Shown here piece after piece: positions 50,500-63,756 of a DNA stretch of 64,000 nucleotides (its first letter is position 1; every line of letters begins with the position of its first letter). The position numbers were made by a program, and so were the translations under genes. The notes beneath the pieces were generated by a model. It ran no database searches, was not told the DNA's origin, and saw only the letters and a list, made by a program, of their open reading frames with translations. Source of the stretch: Octopus vulgaris (taxonomy: Eukaryota); NCBI GenBank assembly GCA_951406725.2, contig OX597818.1:77500001-77564000 (forward strand), read 5' to 3'.

Positions 50500-53400
50500 C
50501 ACCACCACGTCTTGGGTTGATATATTCCCACATATTTCCTTTCTAATTTCAGTTTATCTCCGTTATCGTTGCACAATATCTCTCCAATGTCTCACCCAAC
50601 ATTCTGCCCAGTTACGTTTCTTACATGTCCACCGCCCCCCTCCCCATTTTTTCCTGTTTTTCGGTGCATCTCTCCTTCATTCCATATTGATTTGTGTTTT
50701 CTACGCTGGGGAATTCACTTGGCTATAGGCATCAGTCTGTCTGTCTGTACGTTTCCACTTCTTCCTTCTTGCAATCCAGCTTTCTATTCCCTCCCTGTGC
50801 TAGCTGACTGATGCCCCTTCCTTTTCTGTCTGCTACATGAATTCAACTACTGTCTCACAGACTTTCTTCAGATTTGATTCAACTACAATACCTTCCTTAA
50901 CTCTTCTCCTTACTACATAGAATTTTCACTTGAAAGACTCAAACCCACTTGAAGCATCTTCACTCATCCTTTCTTTCCCTCTCTCGTTCCTTCAGAATAT
51001 AAAGCAACGAAGGAACTAAAGGTCAAATTCATTGCTAACTCCAAAATTATTTCATTAAGGATAATTCTTATTACAACAATAGTATTAACGTGACCTTAAA
51101 AAAAAGTAAATCGTCGTTGTCATCATTGCAGTAGTAGTAGTAATGGATATAATATTTTTCTTTGAGGTAAGACGGTAAAAGATTGAGTAATGAACACGTT
51201 ATTAACACCTAGTTTGGTTCCAGTTATGTTATGCTTGTTTGAGCTGCAATAGCGGCAGAGCAGTTTTCCCCAATGAGAACATCTGGACATCTCAACTACT
51301 ATAGTAATAATGATCGTATATATATATATATATTAGTAGTGCTTGCTTTAATTTGCTCAGTTTTTTTAAACATGTCCTTGTCATCGTTGGTGTTATTGTT
51401 GTAGTCGTCGTCGTCTCGTTGTTCATCGTGTTATGGTTGGCAACACTTATTTCAAAAAAGTTGGTGGATTGTTTCATTTATAGGTCAGATACCTACATCG
51501 TCACCGACACCTCTTTTCCTCCTCCATATATTCCTCTTCCTCATCCCCCTCCTCCTGTTGCTGTTACTACTATTACTCCTCCTACTACTACCGTACTATA
51601 GATATACCCAGAACTACTTGTAACTCTGCTGTAAAAAGCTTCTTCTGCTCTGGAGTACTTTAAACATTCGGATATTTAAACAGCCCCATGCCACAGGTAT
51701 TTTCATCATTTCAACAATGGTGTTCTCTCCTAAACTCTAGTTTTCTTTTTTCCTGTTATTGCATTGCTTTAAGTCGCTCAGTTATGATACTCTTATTTAT
51801 ACATACCGTATTGATTGTGTGTATGTGTGGGGGCATGCACGCACGTATGTGCATATGTACGTATGTGCACACATGCACATAGTCACAATCTTGTTTGTGC
51901 AAAATCATGCTCTAAAGCAGTCTTACATTGGATTCCCATGTATTTCTATCCATTCTACATAATATTTATCCGAAATTGGATTTTACTATCTACCAAACCT
52001 TAGTATTTACTTATCTGTTGAGAGCTAAACGGTGCTAAAACGAAACTGAAATTTGCCGTGTGTAATATATACATTACATTTACAAAACAAATAAATATTT
52101 TTACTATTTAATCCTTATTTATAATTTTCTACCTGAATTTTTCCAGATATCTATATTATCATTTATTTATTTATCGTAATTACATATTTTAATACTACAT
52201 GGTAAGCACGATGCTGGTGCAGTGTAGTGAGCCCCCTCGAAATTATAATTTATTAAAATCAAATTAATTAAAATTTCGTGGCTCATTACAGTATGTATAT
52301 TAGCACAGACCTTATATGGTTTTATTTTCTGCAAAGTGTTGTTCCCTAGTTATTCCCCCCCCCATCACTCTTCCTGATCCTTATATCTTTCTAATATTAC
52401 ATCAGTTGGTAGTTTGTTTATTTTTTTTTTCTCGTGTTGAGTTCGATTTTGTAAAAATTAATAAAAATAAAACACTGATTATATTCTAATTGTCCCCTTC
52501 TCCGGTTCAACTCGGACAATTATTCTTTAGTAATTATAAAGTGAAAAAAAAAACTATATATATATATATATAACTAAAATCCTCCTTTTCCTTGTTACTT
52601 TGTAATTATCAAACCTGTCTTCCTGATTCATTTTCCGTCACCAAATATACACACACGCACCCAGATATCACACGTTCACTATGGTTTTCTCCTCACCTTC
52701 ATATAAATGAAAAGAAAGTAAGTTGCTTCCAGTTAGCTTTTTTTTCTTCTTTCTTTCCTTCTCTCCTTTACTACACCGTATATAAACCCATTCTGTTGTG
52801 GATTTAAATGACCACTGCTGTCTCATTTCTCATCGAAGCAGTCAGCCACTCATATAATACCGATAGTGTCACAACGGCGATAACAACGGAAACTGCAAAT
52901 TGTTGATTCACAAAACTATATTCAATACACAACAGATTTGTGCTGATGTGGTTCTGCACAAATGTTGTACTAACTACTTTTTTGTTTCTATATTTGTACT
53001 CATTTATGATTATCTTCCAAACTAACGGCAAACATCTATTTAACATACCCTTAATAAACAGCTATGTGCCAAACCCTTAACAGTAAACGGCTATGTCCCA
53101 AACCTTTAATAGTAAACAGCTGTGTACCAAACCCTTTGCTGTGAACAGCTAGCTATGTACCAAACCCTTTGCTGCGAACAGCTATGTACCAAACTCTTTG
53201 CTGTGAACAGCTATGTACCAAACCCTTTGCTGTAAACAGCTATGTACCAAACCCTTTGCTGTGAACAGCTATGTACCAAACCCTTTGCTGTAAACAGCTA
53301 TGTACCAAACCCTTTGCTGTGAACAGCTATGTACCAAACCCTTTGCTGTAAACAGCTATGTACCAAACCCTTTGCTGTAAACAGTTATGTACCAAACCCT

Positions 53401-53862
53401 TTGCTGTGAACAGCTATGTACCAAACCCTTTGCTGTGAACAGCTATGTACCAACCCTTATCCGTAAACAGCTATGTATAAAACCCTTCGCTTTAAATAGC
53501 TACGTACCAAACCCTTCACAGTAAACAGTTACATCCCAAACCCTACCTTTCACTATGAACATCAATGTATCAAACCCTTCACAATAAACAACCATGTACC
53601 AAAACCTTAGTAAACAGCTATGTACCAAACCCTCAGTAAACAGCTATATACAAAACCCAACGAAACACTGTGAACATTGACAAGGTTGCTTATTCTCACA
53701 CACCAACACAGGTTTCAGTGAGGTAATCTTCTTTGTAGGCTGATTACAATTACTACTGCTTTGACATTTTTTTTTTTAATATAATTTTCTATATTTTCAT
53801 TTCTTTAAATATATATATATATCTATTTCTTCCTCATTTAAATAAACCAAAATCTTTTTCCT

Positions 53863-53923
<61 letters not shown>

Positions 53924-54450
53924 TCACTCACTCACTCACACACACACACACACACACACACACAATTTCTTGAGTGTTTTTCTTCATGATGTAGCATTTA
54001 AAGATATTTTTCCACCCAACATTGGTAACAGATTTAGTTGCATCTCTGAATAATAATTGTGTGTTTAGTTAAAAAAAATAAATACACTACCGTCACTGAT
54101 AGAAGACCAGAGTGATCTTTGTGTACTACTCTCTCTTGTGGCTGTTACTTAAATATCAGAATTCCTCGACATTCTTCTTGCATAAGAAGGTACTTCTTTT
54201 GTCACAGCAGGATGGTGGTGTTTTTGTTTTTTAACTAACATATGGCTAATTAATGATCGTATTTTATCCATAATATTTACAATTGTTACGCATTTTCATG
54301 CAAGGTACATGGTCGATGAATTTATGTCCAGTGTCAATAAGAGATCTTATAAAATGATAAAAAATATTTATTCGATTGTATGTTTACACATACATACATA
54401 CATACATACATGTGAGCACATAATTACACCCCGTTTTGTGTTTAAGTATT
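50500..54450. promoter_or_regulatory. CpG-retaining, SINE-free island; candidate internal promoter or enhancer
   Basis: Manual count: about 45 CpG in 51001-53100 versus about 3 in 42061-44160. No SINE copies recognised between about 49860 and 54490. Confidence 0.5.
53056..53658. repeat. 29-bp minisatellite, about 20 copies
   Basis: Unit AACAGCTATGTACCAAACCCTTTGCTGTR; homogeneous core 53150-53455, degenerate edges. Confidence 0.95.
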
Positions 54451-54492
54451 TAAATTTCCATTTTAATTTAGTGTATATAACATAGTGGAAAA

Positions 54493-54536
<44 letters not shown>

Positions 54537-54611
54537 CATTAATCCCGATGCATTTTTGTTCTCTTTCCGTTTCTCTCTCCCTTTTCCCCCACCTCCATTT
54601 TTTCCTCATCC

Positions 54612-54643
54612 CTTTCTGTCAGCGTAGGCTCAAAACGTCAAAG
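54612..54643 (+). ncRNA. Degenerate hammerhead-like motif in a Penelope-like repeat between (TA)n runs
   Basis: CTTT-CTGTC[deletion]-AGC(GTAG)GCT-CAAAAC-GTC-AAAG; stem I CTTT/AAAG, GUC triplet; core damaged. Confidence 0.35.
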
Positions 54644-54738
54644 ACTTTTCCATTTTGCTCTGCTTGTCGATCCCTCACCTGTGTCTGCCTTTTGGTTTTT
54701 GTGCATTTAAACTGTGTATACATATATACACACCCATG

Positions 54739-54796
<58 letters not shown>

Positions 54797-55502
54797 CATA
54801 CATGCATACACACGCACACACTTCATAGTATATCTCTTTTTAAAGAATCAAAAATTCATGTTGATTTTCTGCAATCTTAACAACTAACCTCTCACTTTCT
54901 CCTTTTTGTGCTTCTCCCTCACTCCTTCCATCTTTATATGCTTCAACTGTTGACTCTATGATATATATGAGGACTACTAAATATTACTATATATTGTGTT
55001 TCCTATGCTGTAAATTTGTTTCATGTCCTTAAGTGAATGAAATTTAAAAGAATATTATAGAATTTACATTTACCCTATTGTAAAGGAGAGATAGAGGGTA
55101 GATTAGTTTAGTTAGTATCTGAGTACTGCATGTACTTGAGTGTTGTTTACATAAACAGATAGCGGTAGAGATATCTGAGTACCTAATTACATGTTTATTA
55201 TCTTTGAGTCACATTCATTCAGGGCTATTTTCATTAAAGCCAAACCTTGGAAACTTGTGTAAGAAAACATTGCAGCTTTTCTACTTGAAAAAAAAAAAAA
55301 AAAAAAAATCTTGCTGCAACATTGTGTTTGTATGTATATGTGTGTATTGGAGTTGGGGGGGGGTGTTACCTAGCTAAAAAAAGGATTTCTGTGGCCAACT
55401 TTGTGAGAGTTGAGTTGACCACAAGGAAGTGAGTGCATCTTCTAAAAACTGCACTCCACCAAATCATGCCAGCCCATATAAATGTGTTTAAAATACACAC
55501 AC

Positions 55503-55795
55503 TGGTTTTGAGTTCAGTCCCCGCTGCACGGCATCTTGGGCAAGTGTTTTCTGCTATAGCCCTGTGCCTTGCGGGTGAACTTGGTAGGATGGATACAGTG
55601 TGGAAGCCCATCATGTGTGTGTGCCTGTCCTCTTCCTACCAAATGACAACCAGTGTTGGTTTGTTCATGTCCCTGTACCTTAGCAGTTCAGCAAAAATAG
55701 ATTGTTACAATAAGTACAGGGGTCAATTTGTTCAACTAAACTCTTCAAGGTGGTACTCAAGTACAGCTGTAGTTCAATGACTGAAAGAAGTAAAA
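55503..55795 (+). mobile_element. SINE family A composite
   Basis: GAGTTCAGTCCCCGCTGCACGGCATCTTGGGCAAGTG...ATGACTGAAAGAAGTAAAA. Confidence 0.7.
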
Positions 55796-55939
55796 AAAAA
55801 AAAAAATTAAAAGAAAAAAAAGAGAAAAATTTATCATTTTATTGCTTCTTAGTAATTTAGAGAATGGTCATTCATTTGTAGACTCCTTCACATTTTCCTT
55901 GTAAAAACATGTCCATCAGTGTCAAAAGATGTGGTGGAA

Positions 55940-56400
55940 AGTGCAAATAGCCAGAGCATCAAACATTGTCTTTGTTGGACCAGCCATGTCACCAGGATGA
56001 ACAATGAACAGCTTCCTCAAATCCACTTCAGCAAACTGGCAACTGGGAAAAGACAAAGAGGTGCTTCTCTTTGATGCTACAAAGATCAGCTAAAGTCATC
56101 TATGAAGCAGACCAGCTTCAAGCCCCCAGCTTTTGAGATTACCATAGTGAACCATTCCAACTACTGACAAAACATTAACAATAATGTAACATTGTTTGAA
56201 AGAGTAAGAAAAGAGGAGAGACAACCGCAATGGAAGGTCTGACAGCAGCAACCAGGACTGACTCCGATATTGACATGTGGCCAATGCAATCACATTCTGT
56301 TCGAAGGTTGACCCCATTAGCCACATTCACCATCAGCATTAATGGTCCAAATTTTCATCCAGAAGAACAAATCAATCCTCAGATTCGAGGAACGGGCCAC
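55940..56400 (+). mobile_element. Decayed RTE (BovB-like) LINE 3' region
   Basis: WTSHVTRMNNEQLPQIHFSKLATGKRQRGA...YKDQLKSS and a CxxC remnant (TCGQC). Confidence 0.65.
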
Positions 56401-56413
56401 TGCTGCCACTGAC

Positions 56414-56467
<54 letters not shown>

Positions 56468-56851
56468 GTGAACTTTGGTAAATTTATCATTATTTGACAT
56501 CTGAAATTAAATAAGATTGTTCTTCTTGTACTGGATTGTGATTTAGTTTCACACAGAGAGATTAGTGTTGAAATACTAATTATACAGTTCTTTATTATGG
56601 ATTTGGGTCCAGTACACTGGTCATATTTGATGAGATGTTACTATCATCCCTTGTAGAGAAAAAAAAAAATGAATCTATATATGTGGCTTATAGCCAATAT
56701 ATTAAATCTCCAAATCTGATACCTTTCCACTTAGTAGACGGCAGAGTGGGGATTCAGGCAGTTATCCCAATTTAACTAATAATCTAATTTAAAATTATCT
56801 TAGGATATTTTAATTTATATAATTTTCTTTGGTTGTGGTGGTGGTGGGAAG

Positions 56852-57002
56852 GTGTAGCTGTGTGGTTAAGAAGTTTGCTTTCCAATCATTTAGTTTAGGG
56901 TTTAGTCCCACTGTTTAGTGCTTGAGCAAGTGTCTTCTGCTATAGTCCTAGGCTGACCAAAGCCTTGTGAGTGGATTTGGTGGATGGAAACCATAAGAAG
57001 CT
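56852..57002 (+). mobile_element. SINE family A head
   Basis: GCTGTGTGGTTAAGAAGTTTGCTT...GCCTTGTGAGTGGATTTGG. Confidence 0.75.
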
Positions 57003-57638
57003 GATCATATACATGTCTATGTTAGTATCTCTTTGTCTTAACATCACATGCTCATCATAATCATCACTATAAAAAGAAAAGTGTCTTTCTTGAATCAAGA
57101 GCAAGATTATACCAGAAACAGATGCTAAATAAATTCTTTAAGGAAAGGATATGGCAGATTGTGGATGGAATGCAGCTTTTGAGTCATGAATTGTGTGTTG
57201 AAAATAATGTTATACTGTATGGATACTGAAGTTTAGAGAGTATTGATCTGGAATGGGATTGCTGATTGATTGGTTGTTGGTATTTCTTCATTGTTATTAG
57301 TCAGTAGCATTGATTTATTTGGTGGGGATAATTAAAACCAACTTCGTTACTAAAAAAACACAATCAGCAATTTCATGACAAACATCAACTTCGTTAGAAA
57401 CACCAGTTACTATCAACATTAGTGTTGTTGATAACTTCTGCACCTTCACCACTACTACTACCATCATCACCACTGACAACAACAACTACAACTAACTTAT
57501 TCCATACACTTATCGGTCTCTATTGCTGCCAAGTCAACACCACTGTCATCGGTAATAAACTCCTCATCATTCCATCTCTTCTTGCTAAAATAATTACATC
57601 TTTATCTCTGACAGCTAACCTATTCAAAAGGTGCTTAT

Positions 57639-57682
<44 letters not shown>

Positions 57683-58460
57683 CTAAACTCATCAATTACT
57701 TTTCTCAGGGTTGAAAGCTGCTTGTTATATTCTACAATTGGTCTAGATTCCACCATCTTACCATCTTCTGCATTTGCTATCTCCTAAATAATAACAAAAC
57801 TCTCCTATCTCCTTCTCATGTTTTTATCCTCCTACATTGATGTGGATGAATATCCTTACTGCAGTCATTTTCATATTCTTAGCAACATTTTAGAATCCAT
57901 TTGCTAATTAAATATATGCATTTTTCTTCTCCACATTGCACAGCTCATTTTATATAATTTCTATCCATACTTTTCTTCTGTGTCACTGTCAGCACATAAA
58001 CTATCTTCCCTGCTAACACTGCCCTTCTTTCCCCCTTGCAGTTGTTGCAATGACAGCCTCATCCAACTGTGATCTCCTTTCAAATTGTTGCTATACTCTC
58101 TCTGTCCAACTACCTCATTCTTTAAAAACTGTACACCCTCTATCCAATTCCCTCATTCCTTTAAGCATGCCTATATATACTAAGACTTATTTTCAGGCTA
58201 AGGGCTAAGTACCCACAAAACCTGACAACAATTGATTTTACTTCAGTTATAATGCTGTTTGTAAATATATACAGTAGAAACCAATTTTCATAATCACAAA
58301 TAATATTATCAAGGATTTATTGTTATCAAGATTAGTGAGTCCAAAACACCTTTAAGTATGATTCCATAGCTGCTGCAAGAATGTTAGCTGGTTATTATTA
58401 TCTAAATAGCACAATTAGTGGTTTTCACTGCACATGTGAGTGTGCATGTGCGCACGCGCG

Positions 58461-58495
<35 letters not shown>

Positions 58496-58999
58496 TCTTG
58501 TTTTTAATATAAGTGCAATGTCTGAAATTTGAGTGACAGGCTTACTTCGCTGCATCAACCCCAATACTCGACTGGTACTTTATTTTATTGCTTCCAAAAC
58601 ATGTAAATTTGAATCAGTGGAATTTGAATGTAGAATGTATATACTCAGAACAAATACTGTAAGGTATTTTTTCTGACACCTCTACTAATCCACCATACCT
58701 GCAATACACACAGACACGTGATGAACAGAAGTTAATGTATTCAATGCTCTGTAAGTGACAGGGAGTATATACAGAGCAGGCCTCTTAACATCCAATGGTC
58801 AGCTGATAAATATGACTGTGCACCAGAGTATTGGCCATGGTACTCTGCCAGATCTCTAGGCATCCTTACTTTGGTGCACAATCAGATAATCAGCTGACTA
58901 AGTGTGTGTGTTGGGTGGGGAGGGCACAAATTTTAATTAACAGGCCTACTTCATTAATGCAAAACTTTGGTTATCAGTTTTATGTGTGTGTATGCATGA

Positions 59000-59282
59000 C
59001 ATGTAAAAGGTACCTCTGCCAGTGACACATAAAAGGCACCTGTGCCAGTGACACATAGGAGGTACCTGTGCCAGTGACAAGTAGGTGGTACCTGTGCTTG
59101 TGACATGTAAAATACACCCAGTGCACTTTCTTGAGTGGTTGGCATTACAAAGGGCATCCAGCCATAGAAACCAAGTCAGAACAAACAACTGGAGCCTGGT
59201 GCAGCTCTCCAGTTTACCAGCTCCAGTCAGTCTAACAGTCTAACCCATGCCAGTATGGAAAACAGATGTTAAATGATGATGA
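59000..59282 (+). mobile_element. RTE-type 3' end with an internal ~27-bp tandem repeat
   Basis: Variants of GGTACCTGTGCCAGTGACA three to four times, then AGGGCATCCAGCC...CCATGCCAGTATGGAAAAC...GATGAT. Confidence 0.7.
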
Positions 59283-59304
59283 GAAATGGAGAGATAAAGG
59301 AAAG

Positions 59305-60170
59305 ATTAAGCTCTTATAGCTGAATCTGTTGAAGATTTAGGAGTTTCAATTAGGGAAACAAAGCCTAAGACTGAGTGACCTTAAAGTAAACTTAGCAAAA
59401 GCTAAAATATTAGAAAGTAGATGAAAGGACCCTGCTGCCATGCTTGAAATGCAGAGAATGAATTAGTAAGAATTCCATATAGTGTACTCAGTTTAGACTA
59501 GAAATGCACAAGAGGTGTAGTGGGATCATAGGAAGGTTAACAGAGATGGTAGACTTCATGTGTGATTGTTGCACAGGAAGCAGTAAGCACAAAGAGTTTA
59601 CTGGAAATAGATTTTCACAAATGTTTGGAAGTCCCCCTAAAAGTAGTTGATAGTTTTTGTTACCCAGGTAGCCTAATTAGCAGCAGGGTGGTTGTTGTTG
59701 TAAAAGCATAGTAGCCTCAATACGAAGTTGGAAAAAGTTCAAGAATCTCTTATCTCTGATTGTAACAAAGTGTTTTTACCCCCAGTGTGAAGGACAGATT
59801 GTGTGATGCTTGCGTATGTAGTAGTGAGGTGTTGGCCTTGAATATAGAGGATTTGCAAAGACTAGAAAAGATTGTATGCTAGATGTTTATGAGGTGAGAG
59901 AATAACTAGACATGCGGTAGGTAACAGATGTTGTGTGCAAGACAGAAGCAAACTGTGCTAGCATGGATGTGTGATGCATATGAAAGATGACAGTTTGGTA
60001 AAGTGTGCTACATATTTAATGTATATAGAATCCTTGACAAAAGGAGATGGAAGAGAGCTTGTAGACAAAATGGTGAAAGCTATTTTGAAGATGTTACACC
60101 ACACAAAGGAAATAACAAAGGAGGACCATATCATGTAGCAATACAGTGCCGAAGAAGACTTAGCTGTCTG
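59305..60170 (+). mobile_element. Decayed RTE LINE, end of the RT domain to the C-terminus
   Basis: Broken frames LIAESVEDL, LKVNLAKAKIL, HKRCSGIIGRLT, VVDSFCY, WKKFKNLL. Confidence 0.75.
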
Positions 60171-62823
60171 TGAAAGTATAGTGAAGCAAACTTTATAAAT
60201 GCTGGTTGTGATGAAGCACTACCTTTTTGATATTCTCTCATAGTGCCAGGCCATTGATAAAATTTATAGATGGCAGAAGATCTCTCCTACTTACTACTCT
60301 CTATTTCGTATGTCACTAGGGATGTCATTGGACCTGTTTGACCATCTCATCTTAAACATTCTCTCTCTCTGGACATATGTATATTTTAATTCCTCCATAT
60401 CACTAACCATCATAATGCCTATGTATAAGGGTTGATCCCAGATCTGTTTCAACCCAAATCCTCTATCATCAATCACCCTTTCTCTCCCAGGCCATTATTG
60501 ACATCAATCACTCACTCTCACTACTGTATACTGCCATTATTATCCATTACTCTCTTTCTCTCTCTGTTGCTCTCCACTACCTACACTCAAATCTCTGTTT
60601 CTGCCATCATACTTATTCTCCTGTCACCCATTCATCCCTGGATGGTGAAGGGAACTCTCTTTTTTATTATTTATTTTAGTTATGTTGCCTTAAGTGAACT
60701 AACGCATCAAGCAAAAAGATTCTGTAACTCAATGGGTTACAGGGCAACCTTGCAGATGCTGGTATCATAATAAAGTACACCCAGCATATACTGTGTAAAG
60801 TGGTTGCTGAAGAAGCAGAGAAAATAGAGAGTTTAGAAGACCTTTTAGTATTGTCATGGTTTGACAAATTCTCTTGTGCTGGTTCTGATAAAATACATCC
60901 TGTTCATTCTGTAAAATGGTTGGTGATAGGAATAACATCCAGCCATAAAAACTAAGTTGAAAATGGGACATACAAATGACACATGGTCCTCCGACCTTTG
61001 TAGCAGGCAGTAAGAACCGACTCAGTAATGTTTCCAACCCATGCCAGCATGGAAAGTGGATGAAATGAGAAATGAGATGAATATCTATAGGTATTTACAT
61101 GTTTGAATTTGTAAAATGTTTTGCTTGTATGTATGAATACATGCATCCTATTTGCTGTACCACTTCTGTCCAAGTAACTAGAGATGGCTTTCTCTTGTTT
61201 CTCAAATTCTCTCTCTCCTATTCATTGTACTATGCCTACTGTATAATGAGTGAGTGCATTGAACCTACCTTCATCCAATCCACCTATCACTATCCTAATC
61301 ACTTTATCTTTTTGCAAGACATATGTATAAGGAATGTATCAAACCCATTTGTACACAGGCAATACTCTGTTTTTCTTTGTACTGCCTGTCACCACTCCCT
61401 CTCCCACTTGGGCTACTTGTTCTTTACATCTGTCACTCACTCCTACCATTCTCCAACTCTCCTTGTCTACTACTCTCACCCCAATCACTCTGTTTCTATG
61501 ATCATACTCTTCTCTCTTTTGACCACCCATTTTTGTTCATCTTCTATTCTCTATCTTGGTCATGTTGCCTTGAATAAAAAAAAAATCACATAAAACTGAA
61601 AATTCTCTATTTTTACAGAGAACAAGGAAAATTTATTAGCGCTGGTGTTGCATGAAATGCACCCAGTACACTCTGTAAAGTAGTTGGCGAATGAGCAGAT
61701 GCAACAAAGGGTTAAGAGGTCTTATTGAGGTCATGACAACCTTTCATGTGTTAGTTCTGCAATAAAATGGATTGTACAAGTGAGATATGACCCTTTCTGA
61801 TAATTGTCCTGGCTTGTAATGATTCATCCACTACATGACAGCATGGAAAGTGGGCATAAAATGATGATGCATATGTGTATGCACATGCTTGCATATGTGT
61901 GTGTTCACATACATACATACATACACACTCGAATATAAGAGAGTATATTTGGCGGAATTGGGCCTAATGTATTGTAGATTCTTAGTTTATTGACTTGGGA
62001 ATGGTGAAAGGTAAAGCTGGGCCCCAGTTGGAATTTAAAATCAAAATCTACAGAGATGAAGCTAAATACTGGATGATATTTTCAACACTTTGTATTATAT
62101 AAACATAGGGTTCATAATCTTTGAACACACACATACACGCACACATCATCTCTCTCTTTCTCTCTGATACTTAATATTGGTAATAAATTAGATTTTCAAT
62201 TTATTTACCAAAATATTATTTACCCCTCACCACCACCACCACTTATTGGCATTATCATGACGACCACTACAACTGTTGTCATCACCACTACTACCATTAC
62301 TACTACTACTACTGCTGCAATCATTATTTTGATCTTTATCATCTTTGGTACCATCATCATACTTTGCTGTCATTCAGACCAATGAAGCTTGACCTGATTG
62401 AAATAACAACCAAATTTCCATCAAATCAGGTGCTGCCTTAATACAAAGGACGCATGAAATAATGGGATCTAGGTTACACTGCTTGAACCAGATAATGATG
62501 ATGATCATTATGATAATAAATATCCTTTCTACTATAGGCACAAGGCCTGAAATTTTTGGGGAGGAGACTAGTCAATAATAATAATATGACCATGGCTTGA
62601 ATCTCTTTGATCATAGATGTGCTTGATCAGGGCCACCTTGAGATAAACACCAACATCATTATCATATCATCGTCTAATATTTAACATGTTACATGACTAA
62701 GTATTGCATCTCCAATTGCTTCTCTGAAGTGTGTGTGTGGAAGGGAATGTTTTCAATTATAAATAGCATCAAAGATTAAGTGTTTCAAATTAAAATGAGC
62801 TCTTAATTACATAACTTGTTGAC

Positions 62824-62857
<34 letters not shown>

Positions 62858-63084
62858 TACACTCACCCATCCACACATGTGTGTGTATGTATATTTGTAG
62901 GTGTGTATGTCTATATAAATGTGTGTGCATGTATGTATATACATATGTGTGTGTGTGTGTATATTGACAGATAGCTAGATAGATAGATATCACAAGAGTG
63001 TTACTTAGTGTATATCACATGTGTTAAATTATGTGCTGCCTTGAAATTTTAATTAGCAAAGATCCAGTCTTTAATCATTTCTAT

Positions 63085-63381
63085 CTTTTGTGCTTGTTTC
63101 AGTCATTAGATTGTGGCCATGCTGAGGAAGCACTTGAAGGGTTTAGTCGAACAAATCGACCCCAGTCTTTATTTTAAAACCTGACACTTATTTTATTGGT
63201 CTCTTTTGCCAGACTGCTAAATTATGAGGACATAAACACACTAACACCAGTTGTCAAGTGAGGTGGGAGGTGAACACAAATGCAAGGACACACACACACA
63301 CACATCACAAGCTTCTTTCAGTTTGCATCTATCAAATCCACTCACAAGGCTTTGGTTAGGTCAGAGGTGTGGTAGAAGACC
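63085..63381 (-). mobile_element. SINE family A composite
   Basis: CTTGTTTCAGTCATTAGA...GTGGCCATGCTG...AAATCCACTCACAAGGCTTTGG. Confidence 0.75.
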
Positions 63382-63691
63382 AGAAGTGTCTGGACAGATT
63401 GACTTCATGTTTAAGAGAGTAGCTTTAGGTCCCCCAACCATAATTTATGTAAAAGATATGTAACCACTGTATTTAAGTGACTTTATATGCAAAGATCTTA
63501 AGTTGAAAAGTTAACAGCGACATATGTTATAATGTCTGTGAAAGGATCTGGTACATTATTAACAAGCCTGAGATTGAAAGCTTATATACAATGATCTTGA
63601 ATTTGTCCGGCTCAGATCTAAAATACTTCTTTCATTTGATAGAAGAACCAAACTTCCTTGATGCTATTTAGTTATTGTTAACATCTTTTGA

Positions 63692-63756
63692 CTTCCTGAA
63701 GAGGTAACTAGAGACTGATTACAGAAACCAGTGCCTTGTGTTGGCTTTTGTGGAAG
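63692..63756 (+). ncRNA. Degenerate type I hammerhead-like motif
   Basis: CTTC-CTGAAGA-GGTAACTAG(AGA)CTGATTACA-GAAAC-...-GT-G-GAAG; stem I CTTC/GAAG; the cleavage-site base is G, which is non-permissive. Confidence 0.35.

Noticed and set aside
53056-53658. CRISPR-like appearance of the 29-bp repeats (also the 63-bp array at 7157)
   Set aside because: Head-to-tail units with no unique spacers, no cas genes, and a eukaryotic context
60670-60720. SYVAL peptide after TTATTTTAG, resembling the next PDZ exon (SGSYVALT)
   Set aside because: Splicing at this AG would need phase 2, but the 8874 donor is phase 1. The preceding SG residues are missing and the downstream sequence (SELTHQAK) does not match.
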